Shown: positions 45,599 to 56,215 of the stretch, piece by piece
How the letters are laid out: each line of letters begins with the position of its first letter
Numbering within the stretch: position 1 is the first letter of the stretch
NCBI GenBank assembly: GCA_009103225.1
Contig: RHPI01000277.1
Coordinates: 141,633-205,632, forward strand
Length of the DNA stretch: 64,000 nucleotides
Direction of reading: 5' to 3'
Source: Chlorokybus atmophyticus
Taxonomy: Eukaryota > Plantae > Mesostigma and Chlorokybus algae
Program-made: the position numbers and the translations under genes
The notes under the pieces: generated by a model
Database searches by the model: none
What the model was told of the DNA's origin: nothing
What the model saw: only the letters and a program-made list of their open reading frames with translations

Positions 45599-45923
45599 NN
45601 NNNNNNNNNNNNNNNNNNNNNNNNNNNNNNNNNNNNNNNNNNNNNNNNNNNNNNNNNNNNNNNNNNNNNNNNNNNNNNNNNNNNNNNNNNNNNNNNNNNN
45701 NNNNNNNNNNNNNNNNNNNNNNNNNNNNNNNNNNNNNNNNNNNNNNNNNNNNNNNNNNNNNNNNNNNNNNNNNNNNNNNNNNNNNNNNNNNNNNNNNNNN
45801 NNNNNNNNNNNNNNNNNNNNNNNNNNNNNNNNNNNNNNNNNNNNNNNNNNNNNNNNNNNNNNNNNNNNNNNNNNNNNNNNNNNNNNNNNNNNNNNNNNNN
45901 NNNNNNNNNNNNNNNNNNNNNNN
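45599..45923. other. Assembly gap
   Basis: N run. Confidence 1.
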
Positions 45924-46920
45924 CGGGGACAAGCTCTTTATAGACATTTTGTAGCATAAGCAACAACAGTAAAGCCTTGCCGGTCAGGTTCATTATTCAA
46001 TTCGGTGCCGATGGGCACCTCGTAATGAGGCCTGTTGCGCACGCGCAAAAAGTATGTGCTCAATTGCGTGCTGACATAGCTCCCCTACGTAGACAAGGAC
46101 AGAACATGACCAACACCAGAAATAAACGCAGTCGGCAATTGATCATTATGTCACATAAACTACAGTCACCATTGACTTAGCTACAATGCATGCACTCAGA
46201 TGACGCCCTTAAGTGTTTTGGAGAAAATGAAGAATACGATTGAGGCCGTGTCATTCATTTATTGCGAGCAAAATGCTAGCGTGGTGAAGAGTGTTCATCG
46301 CTGCTAGCAGCTGCTTGGCGCATAGTAACTTGAGACAGCAACCAAGCAAATGCATTGATATGGAGATCCCGAGGAGATCATCATGATGCTGCGCTCAAGC
46401 GCAATTGTGTTCACTTGTGAACTGTCACAAGTCACTCAAGAGGCACTAGTTCGACGGATGAAGTCATCTATTTTATAGTTGCAATCCAAATCTTGTGTGA
46501 CTGTCATCAACCCACCCAAGACATAGGCACGAGTCTACAACATATGTAATTGTTGCGCGCCATGGTACATGCCAGGTCCAACTCCTTGCCTATGAGCACA
46601 GAACAGGAGATCCACTAACAAGCATGAGTGCACATAGATGAACAGAGACCACTGACGCTGATATAATTGGTGACGGCATCGTGCGCATGCACCGTCCTGT
46701 GCACTTGCCAAGCACACGTATGCACGCAAGCAGGCAAGCAGGCACATCAGCATGTTTAACATTGACAACAGCTAGCCTGCACGCATAGTCATTTGTACAC
46801 CAACTTGCTCAGAGCGTCTGCTGCTTAACAGCTCTGGCACGAAAAGTATTGTGACCCATAGCAACTCTCACCAAACCTGATGCTACCCAAAATCATTGCC
46901 TATTGCATTGCCGGTGCAAC

Positions 46921-48782
46921 TTACTGTACCAACTGTTGCAGCCACCACTTGTCATGCGCTGGTTGGATTGGCATTCCATTAAAAGTGCCATGTGCCCATG
47001 TCACATTCAGCTGATGCATGACTGGCGGGCAGGTTGCTTCGCCGATGCAGCCCGCCCACTCAAAGTCCAGCAAGCACGGCTTCCCATCTAGGCCAACAAG
47101 CATGTTTAAATCCGCGAAGAACGCCATAAATGATAAACCCGGCGGCGTGCAACGCCGTGACGGCCTGAGTCAATACTTCCATAGGTCGAGGTGTGGGCGC
47201 TTCATCCCATAAAACGCCACTCACGAAGTGCATGACGACGATGCTCTAGCCACCATGCAGTTGCTCAGTGCCAAGCAAGCCCGGTGCGTAACCAGCTTTA
47301 CCTAGCTTAGCATGCGCTTCAGTGCAACACTGCTTGTAGAACCTGATGATGACATCATCGTCTACACATTAGCCGCGAAAGCAGTGCTTGCTAATGGCGG
47401 CAATGTACGCGAAAGGCATGGACCTTATGCTGCGGGGATAAGGGAATGTAGCTGGCGGTCAGGTGGCACAGCTGAGTGGTATGACTTGGTCAAGAACAGC
47501 TTGTCGCTGTATTGCAGCAGGTTGTTGAAATCTTTACGCAGCGCCGCAAAGCATTGCGCTGCTTGCAGCATGAGCGGGTCGGTTTTGTTCAGCAAAAGCA
47601 GTGGCAACATCGGTGTCAGCGGGTGGCGAAGCATTCCCTTACCAAACACAGCAGCGTTGACACGCACATTCGAGCCGGCCACCTCAATGAGCAAAGCCGT
47701 ATATGCTGCTTGGTAGAGTGGTGCCAAGTCGACTCGAACTTGTAGTGTGCTATGGATTGTGCGTAGAAGCCAACATTTTCAAGATGTGGACAGCCCGATC
47801 CCTGCCCTAGCTAGGTTCTGCCCTCCAAATGCAGTATGAGCGGCCCGGTGCAATGCTTTACAGACTGAGCATCATACTCCACCCGAGTCGCAGTTGCAGA
47901 GTGCAGATGAGAGAAGCTCTTTGAATGTTGCCAACCTGTCTGCTTTCTTCTCGAACATTTTTGACATCTCCTTAGCCAAGCGTAAGACGAACATGCAGTC
48001 TCGCGGGACGGTGTGATAGTCTCACAGTTCTACGTGAACTCTGCTAAGAATGGGTCCCATCAACGTGATGGGTGTGCCTGCACATGATGCTGGCGGATGA
48101 TGCAGCATGCACGTTGCCGACGTGTCGTTCGCCTTGCTCCAACTTTTGCGGTGCTTGGACGAAGCGTAGGTCACAGGAATGGGCAGCTTACAAAGCCTTC
48201 ACATCGTGGCGTAGCGAACTTTATCATGGTCATCGTGTTGATCATCGTCCTCATCATCGTTCTTATTAAGCCTGCCACAACTGAACACACCACATCAAGC
48301 CACTATGCCAAATGCCCTTGTCGGTGCCATGGCAACTTGGAGGCAAAACGAGAGGAAAGGTCATGTATGTGTGACTATCCACCACCACAAGCACATGCTT
48401 AGCACACGTCCACACAGTTTGCTGTGAAATTGAACCCATCAACCTGGAGGGAAAAGTGATGTTAAGGGGGCAAGTGCTGCCTCTGCCTTGGCCCCGGCTC
48501 CGGCACGATAGCGAAGACATACACGATGCCTTTGTTGATGTCAACGACATCACCCAACACCTTCGCATCCGGTGGACGAATCAAGGTCCAGAGTCCGTTG
48601 GGCTGCAACACGTAAAGAGCTTGCAGCTTGCCCTTCAGGTCATGGTTCACATAGGCATGCAGCTTGTCAATTCTTGTCTCGCCACTAGCCTTGGCTAGTG
48701 TCGCCCAGCTGACGAAATTGACGTCGGGCGGGAGGTCATTGACGTTGTGACGCACTTGTAAGCGCACTAACACTTGGGACAT
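46921..48782 (-). pseudogene. Crinkler-like (CR) gene: N-terminal header + restriction-endonuclease-fold domain + kinase-like domain, degenerate
   Basis: Header ends IVYVFAIVPEP. The REase-like part reads HHPPASCAGTPITLMGPIL...FVLRLAKEMSKMFEKKADRLATFKELL...LEGRT*LGQGSGCPHLENVGFYAQ...LLIEVAGSNVRVNAAVFG..HPLTPMLPL. The kinase-like part reads IIRFYKQCCTEAHAKLGKAGYAPGL..VVMHF..AVTALHAAGFIIYGVLR/NMLV..CLLDFEWAG..EATCP..VTW..PIQPAHDKWWL. In-frame stops and frameshifts. Confidence 0.72.
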
Positions 48783-49909
48783 CCTGCTCTTTTGGCACTG
48801 GTGCTTCTGCTCTCAGATGTGGTCAACACAACGTGCGCACCCTCCTGTCTTGTCCGACAATGCATTTGGTCGGAGCAGCACAGAGACAAAGTGCACGGCA
48901 CATGTGTGCGCGCTCAACAACGTGCGTGTGCAAGCGCTTGTGGGTGTGGGTGTCTGCACATGCGTGCATGCGTGTCAGTGGGTGGGGGTGCGGTGAGGTG
49001 CACCGTGCGTGCATGCGTGCGCTTGTGCGTCCTGTAAAAAATGTACTTACTTAAGAGAAAGAAAGAGAGCTCCGGGTCAGCGCAAGGCAAAGGAGCCGAG
49101 CTGAAGCGGAAAGCAAGCCTGCAGCAGCAAACAATGCGATATGATTGGTGGTGGGACAGAACATACACAGGGACACAATAAACATCATAACAAGATCACG
49201 CTCATGAAAGGCAAAGCCGTTTGTCTTAAACCTATTATTCAACGATTGCACACCATTCGACATGTGCTAAACCATCGTTACTATCAGCATCAACAGCATG
49301 CTCAATGTCTACCCGCACCCCTTTGAGTAACTTCAGCTTTACTCGCGCATTGCCACCCTACAAGCCTTACTGCTGCCGCTGTTGCTGCGCTGTGCACACT
49401 ATGTGCATTTCATGCGGGTGCACTCTGTCAGAATGAGCCGTTAAGTTGCACGATTGAAATCAGGTGAATTCAGTTTCAAGAGTGATTGTCACCAACAGTT
49501 TTGCATGTGCGTGCACGGATGCAAAGAAAGAGTTAAGTTAAAACATGGCTCAAGCTAGCTGTATTGTGTGTGCACATTCTACCACCGTTGTGTGCTTAGC
49601 ATACTAGCTATCCATGAAGCTCAACACACAACAAAGAAAAACAACACACTGATAACGTCCATCGACGCCTCTCCCCCAGCAAGCACCCATTCAACCTATC
49701 TATCTCACAGGCTATGTGCGCTGACTGCTACTGCTCCATCGTAAGCCGACATGCACAAGACTCCAGGACTCAGCACATGCATACCTGTATCGCGTGATGG
49801 CAAGTAGGGACAGCAGGTGTCAGCCTTAATCGGCAGGAGGAGGCAGGCGGCAGCGACAAAAACATCAACGACGCCGCCACCTCCTCCCAATTGTTTCCCG
49901 CCCTGACAG

Positions 49910-50325
49910 GTCAACTGGTCAACCGTTTGCCACCCTCGCAAACAGGGAGGCCTTGGCATACACGACCCAAGCTGGCAACGACAGCATTGCTTGCCAAGTG
50001 GGCGGCCAGACTTTTGGACCCTTCATGAGCGGCCTGGAAAGTCCTTGGCCACAGACCTTGACTGGCTGGGCAGCGAGTCTCTCCCCTCACCATGCCGCCC
50101 TCCTAACTCTCACCCCGCCCCTTGTCTAGTTCGCTGGGTGCCTACCGGGGCAGCTCTCCTCTCTTCCCCGGCGCAACCGACGAAGCGCTTGCCAGGTCAC
50201 TGGCAGCGCATTTTTCGGGCATGGATAACAGTCCGACCCTCCCTCCCCCGTGAGCCGGACACCTATGACTCTGTCCTTCGCCAGCATATCTTCCTCAATC
50301 CCTATCTCATGGACCGGGAGGGAGA
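49910..50325 (+). mobile_element. L1-clade LINE ORF2 fragment (region C-terminal to RT)
   Basis: VNWSTVCHPRKQGGLGIHDP/LATTALLAKWAARLL...HWQRIFRAW...LRQHIFLNPYL; frameshifted. Confidence 0.8.
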
Positions 50326-51099
50326 CGCGAACGTGCAGGATATGCGATGCATGAAATTGTGACATGCACGAGAGTGTGACACATGCCATGCAAGAAGCTG
50401 ATCACACCAATGACTTACTTTCACATGACGCGCAACAACTCATTGCCAAAGTCCTTGCATGCATTCCTGCACCGCATAAAACTCTTTGCTACAAATGAAC
50501 ATACTATACGTCTGCCAATGGTTCAACCAAGTTGAACAAGATGTGCGTTGTGAGTTTGGATTTTTCAACGCTTCCAATACAGTAGTGCACAATCATACAC
50601 TAGCACGTGAGCATGCGCATTTGTGCACTACTGTGCCAGTGGCGGTGGTCTGCGCGCCGGAATGTAACGGATATGTGCTGAAGGAAGGTGTGAGTGATGA
50701 GATGAGAGGCTCAACTGACTGCCCAGACATGCACTCTGATGACTGTGTGTCTGCGCGCCTGCGCACACGTTTGTGCGTGCGTGCATGTTTGTTGTGTGCT
50801 TAGGCCTACCGGCTTGGCCTTTGACGGTTAAGTAGCAGTGGCGTTGAGGCCCTCAGTGCGTGGGTGCATGCCAATGTGCTGCAAGTTGCATGTGCGCGTG
50901 CGTGCCTGACTTTGTACATACAATGCGCGTGGCATATGCTCATGTGCATGTGTGCTTACGCGTAGCCTTCAAGGACAGTAGTAGCGGTGGCGTTGCTGCC
51001 GTCAGTGCCTCAGTCATCGCCACTACCCAGTTTGCTATGATGATGCAGAAGCCGGCGTCGCTGTGGCCAGCAACGCAGACACCACTTCACAACCGTTCC

Positions 51100-52140
51100 A
51101 GATTAAAACTAACAACCGCACAGTGTAGAGCATGTCACTTGCTTGGTTTGAGCACACCATGCATGCCGGCACAGCAGCATACCCCTCTTGTACACCCAAT
51201 TGCAACGCATAATAATGAGTAAACTCATCTTCATGGTCGTGTCCCTCGCCTCCAGCCTCTTTAGCCACGTCTCCCTGACTTGTCGGATGTCACACACGCA
51301 CGCACGCACAGCGAGTATACTCATCATATGTAGGCCATGAATTGTAGGCCATGCATGGTGGTAGCCATGCATAGTTCATGCCTGCCCTAGTATAACCGAG
51401 TATTTCATACTGGTTGTGCAACTGGCGGAAGCCGTGCCGCGTGCTCAATGAGGAGCACCGCAATGAGGCAGTAGTGTGTAAGTGAATAGAAGTCCAGAGG
51501 CAAGCGATCGTGACAAAAATGAGGAATCAACCAAGCGACACAGACACGTGTTTTACACCGACCTACCGCTATTGCTAGTCAATACTGCAATCAACATGTT
51601 ACAGCCTTACCTGCAGCTACAAGAGCAGCCTAGAACAGAGAGGACTTGGGCACTTGACAAGACTGAAGCACTACTAGTAGTACGCCTTGCAAGTCTCTGA
51701 TGTGTTCATCAGGATCTGCTTTAGGCGCGGCCAACACCTCCTCATGAAAGTCTGCAAGCTCCCTCTTCATGTCTGTCCTGAAGTCTTCAAGCTTCTTCTC
51801 AAAGTGTTGGTCGAGCTGGAACTCCAGCTGTGCTTGGCCTGGCCTAGTGAGCGCAGGTATGTTGACGGCATCGCCGACTATGGCCGAGTCAAAGTCATAG
51901 CCCAGCCTCACTGAGTTCAAAGCAACGACGACACCTCTCCTACTGCACACGGTAGATTGTTGCCTAACCAGCAGAGCACGTGGGCGATGTGGTCTTAGGC
52001 ACTGCAACGGCAGACGACGCTCGCCGCTGCGGGTGGTAAGCTGGATCCCTGACAGCGCCAAGGTAATGCTGCCAGCTAGGTCACCACTCCTCCTCGTCCT
52101 CGTCCTCAGCAGCAGCAACTAGCACAACGTCGGCGCCGCC
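51100..52140 (-). other. Possible exons of an unknown gene (coiled-coil-like exon 51700-51935)
   Basis: Open stretch GYDFDSAIVGDAVNIPAL...QHFEKKLEDFRTDMKRELADFHEEVL with splice-like borders. No family recognised. Confidence 0.3.
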
Positions 52141-53299
52141 CCCACCCAGCGTCTCGAGTGAGCACATTCAACTGCATGCATGCATGCATTCTGCATGCAT
52201 TCATCACGTGCGTGAGAGCTTCCGTTCTGCTACCATCTGCGCCGTACCGCGGCGCTGCTAATGTTGACGTTAGCGCCGTAAACGTTAGAACTGCCGCAAT
52301 AACCATCGCTCAGTGGAGCTCAGTGGCTCAACTTGTAAGCTTAGTGGCTCAACTGCGGCAGCTGCTTGCGGAGTGCTACTGTTGTTGTTGTTGTTGTTGT
52401 TGTTATTGTCCATCCCATGGAGGCTGAGCTGTGTGTGGGTCTCCGCCTCCCTGCATGGTCATCCTCACTTCGCCGCTGATCAGCACCCTGGTGGAGACAG
52501 CGTGCAAAGCGCTTGGTGAAGGTGGAGTTCAGTCGTGATGGTCACACATGCAGCCTGCATGCACCACTTGAATTTGCGCTTCAGTCACTGTGTGCGGCGC
52601 CTACTCAAATTGAGTCAACTATTGTGGCTGTGTTGCAGGGCTGTGTTGCAGCATGTCCCCCAAAAGGCAACACGAGGTAAAATCTTTTTCTCACCAAATA
52701 CAGCAAATCACACAGGCAACCTCATCACGATGATGAGAGGGTGAGCGCTGCCCGTGACGGTTACTCGCACACGTTGGTGGTAATGTTGAGAGGTCTTGAG
52801 GTGAATATGCGGTGGATAGGAGCGAGGTGAATGAAGGTGTCATATGATGGTGGGAGTACATGCTTACGGGGATCTGTCATCGGCCATTCTGAGGAGAGCA
52901 CCATGTTGAGAAGTGCGTGCGTGTGTGCACCTGCGCGTGAGTGTGTGTGTACAAAAATGAACCGGCTCGGTGTTCACCAGCTCGACGTCCATCTGGTACA
53001 CTGAACATGTACCCAGTTCCTTCACATTGAAGCTGAATTGGCTCCTCCACTTGTTAAGGAGAGCCTCCAGCTCTTCTCATATGTCCTCCGTGACAAGAGG
53101 GCCAAGGGCGTGGTTCTAAGATGTTGCGTTGGCAACCACGGGTATGTCTTCCACTGTCACGGCTGCTTGCTCCTCCATGTGAGCCACCTCGAGGGCTGTG
53201 TGAGCTGCCTTGGTGTCTGCAATGCGATCAGCCCACCCCCTAGCCAGGTGTTTGACATCCTCGAAAGACACATGGCGGTCCTGCATAGCGAAGCTCAGC

Positions 53300-54260
53300 T
53301 CCAGCAACCAGACCATGCTGTTTTGGTCCATGGCGCGGTCGAACAGCTGACATTGCTGACCATTGGTCAGCGGGGACCCTGTGATACCGTTGGGAAAGAA
53401 CCCCATGGCGCGTTTGTGCTCACGTGCGTTGGGTTCTTCTAGCCTGCACGTTGTGGTGTTGAACACGCATCACCGTTATTGCGGAAGGCATATGACTCTG
53501 GGTTGAACACCAAAGTGAGAATTGCGCGGCGCGGTTGGCCAGGTTGGTTGCATTGGTAGAAGTGGCTATAGTCAAGACGTGTGACTGGTTGAGCTCTGCG
53601 GTTGGGGTCGAGGATGTCATCGACCAAGAGGTTGCGTGGCCGCGTACTCCGTGTGTTATCTGCTGTCATCAGCTCTTCTGTGGTGGCCAAGTTTGACCAC
53701 TTGACGCGGACGCGATGTGCACGGGAGCCTTGGCGCGCTGCGTTTAACTTAAATGGGTGCCCAAGAATGGAGCACACCTGTTGGTAGGTGGAGGCTACAT
53801 GGGGACGCTGGTCGTCCTCTGAGTGCACGTTTTCGACGACGTACCTTTGTGGCCTAGAGAACTGATGCTGTTGGAGGAGGTGGATCTCATCAACTCCCAA
53901 AACAGACCTGAGCGAGGGTCGTCAAGGCCTTGGCCTTTTCCTGCTCTGGAGAGTCCTTGGCACTCCCATCTAGCTATCAACAAGTCGATGTCGCCGAGGG
54001 GCAGCAAGTGGTCCTTTTTGGTCAGTCGGATATCTTGTGGCAAGGCTTGGATGCTGCCTTGCAGTGCCGACGAGGGCAGCTGCTGTGGATAGCGCTCGTG
54101 CTGCTGACGGACAGATGGTGCTTAAGGGCTGTTGAAGCGCGCGGATCAAGGTCGCAATAATAATACTTGGTGACTTTGACGCCTGTGGTGAGGACTGCAG
54201 CGAGACCACTGCCAATACCTCTGAACAGTTTTAACAACGTGATGCCTTGCTGTCGTTGAA
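53300..54260 (-). pseudogene. C5 cytosine DNA methyltransferase domain within the retrotransposon pol
   Basis: Motifs in canonical order across three frameshifts: I (ITLLKLFRGIGSG), II (YYYCDLD), III (LPQDI), IV (DLLIARWECQGLSRAG..GLDDPRSGLFWEL), VI (YVVENV), VIII (NAARQGSRAHRVRVKW), TRD (TLVFNPESYAFR), IX (EPNAREHKRAMGF) and X (QLFDRAMD). Confidence 0.9.
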
Positions 54261-56135
54261 AGGTATGAAACTCCACGACTCCGGTGGCTACCATGTGGTC
54301 TTGCACTGTGCCGTGTCCTTTATAGTGGTGGAAGCGAAGTGATCAGCGGCTGGGTCAGCAAGAGGTGCGCGTCCACCTGTGCCCGCCAGCGGCGTTCGGC
54401 CGGGTCTTGTGATGCCGCCTCTACCATGGCATCCTCCTGCTCCTCGGTGTAAGGAATGGAAGTGGCGTTGTCTGTGCAGCAAGGGGCTGCGGCGACGGCA
54501 GCAACTCTTGTGCGGGTGCTGTCATACGTGGCTGTTGCCGCCTCCCGTGTGCGCTCGTAATTGCGCGTGGCTGTGGCAGCCACTTTGCATTGGGCACGCG
54601 TGTGTGACACCAACTCAAAAGGCAGGAAGCCCTATACCTCTCCGTCATCTTCATCCCAATGTGGTCGGAACCACGCCCGCTCCGTACAGTAGTCAAGGCC
54701 CATACCCACGGGAAGTTGAAGTCCTGCCCAACAAGGAAATCGAAGGAGCCAGCGTTAGTGACCACACAGTGCTGAACGATCTCTGTGGTGTGGGTCGGGT
54801 CCAGCCCTGTCAACCAAACGCAGATGGCCTCTTTAGTGACCCCCATCACCTTGTCACGGCTCCCCATTGCTGTGTTCAATATGTATGGGCAGGGCATCAG
54901 CTTTGAATTGGTGATGCCAAGGGACCGCGCGAGGAAGCGCCCAATGATGACTAGCTGTGCTCCGGTGTCCAGCATTTCCCGCTTGGGCGCCTAACCATTA
55001 ATGGTCACATGCTTGCCTTGGTTGGCCACCATGGCAGCGTTGGCGTTCATGCGTAGTATCTTGGTGCGGGTTGTCGGCACCGTTGCCTCATGTCTTTCAG
55101 CTGGAGGTGCTGAGCGCATTGCAGCCAAAGCTCCTCTGCCTGCTGGGCCTTGACTACCCCCTCGTTGTTCTCTCCCTCTGCCAAATCGACCTTGTCGCGG
55201 TGGTTGGTAGACACGGGGAGGCCTTTGCGCTAACGGTTCTGGCGCTGGCTGTGAAGGTGATGGTGGATGCAGCCTTTGAGATGATGAAATCATGTCTGCC
55301 GGCGTCCCGAATGGCTGTGGAGGGAAGCCCGGCAGACCCGGTGTTTGCGGGCCTGCCTCGCATTCTACTTGCTCTGCGGCGTAGGTCCATCGGACAGCAT
55401 GAGCTGCCTCCATGACTACTGTCCCTTCTCACGTGGTTGTGGGCTCGGTGTCCACAACCGTCAAGTGGTGATATTGTGGCATGGGCTGCAGGTATATTGC
55501 GCGCAATGACTGCTGCCGCATGTCGTGAGTGATGGTGGGGACTCGCAAGATCTCTGCCATCGGTCGGGTGCGTCCTGCAGCCTGGCGTGCAACGCCTGAA
55601 ACATCTGAGTTGCCAGCTCCAACACAGCGGGGCGCCGGTATGCGACCCTGAAGAGACGATCTTTCATTTCATGAGCAGTGCCAGCTAGAATCTCATCTCT
55701 AACTGTTATTGAGTGGGCTCCGATAGTGTATGGTATTCACGCGGTGGCAGCGGCAGGATGCGATCATCTTGCACTACGTGCGTTGCGCGTTGCCCCCCAG
55801 GCCCGTACGTAATGGTGGGCTTGATGTTGCGTAGGGCGGACTCCCAAGCGCGCTCTGCTTGCGGTCCGCGTGGCACTTGCTGAGTGACATCAGGGTGCGG
55901 AGGAGGGGCCGCACGAACCCCAGATGGCGCGGCGGCAGTGGCAGCAATGGCTAACAGAGGTGCAGCAACATCATTTGCAGCAACAGTTGTGGCACCTGCA
56001 ACAATGATGGCGACGGAGGTCGCCGCTATGAGCGTTGCAGCCATTGTGATCGGGGCAGTGTCCGCAGTCGTAGCGAGTGTGGTGCTAACACCACCAGTGG
56101 GTATGCCAGCCATGGCTGCAGCAGCCTCAATGTCG

Positions 56136-56215
56136 GTCATCTCTGGCGCCAGTGTGGTGTTGGGTGTATCCGCGCTGGCGGATACACCCAATGCCACATT
56201 GGCGCCAGAGATGAC
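56136..56215. repeat. 80-nt inverted repeat (38-bp stem, 4-nt loop)
   Basis: GTCATCTCTGGCGCCAGTGTGGTGTTGGGTGTATCCGC-GCTG-GCGGATACACCCAATGCCACATTGGCGCCAGAGATGAC; three mismatches, all G-T type on the + strand. Confidence 0.93.
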
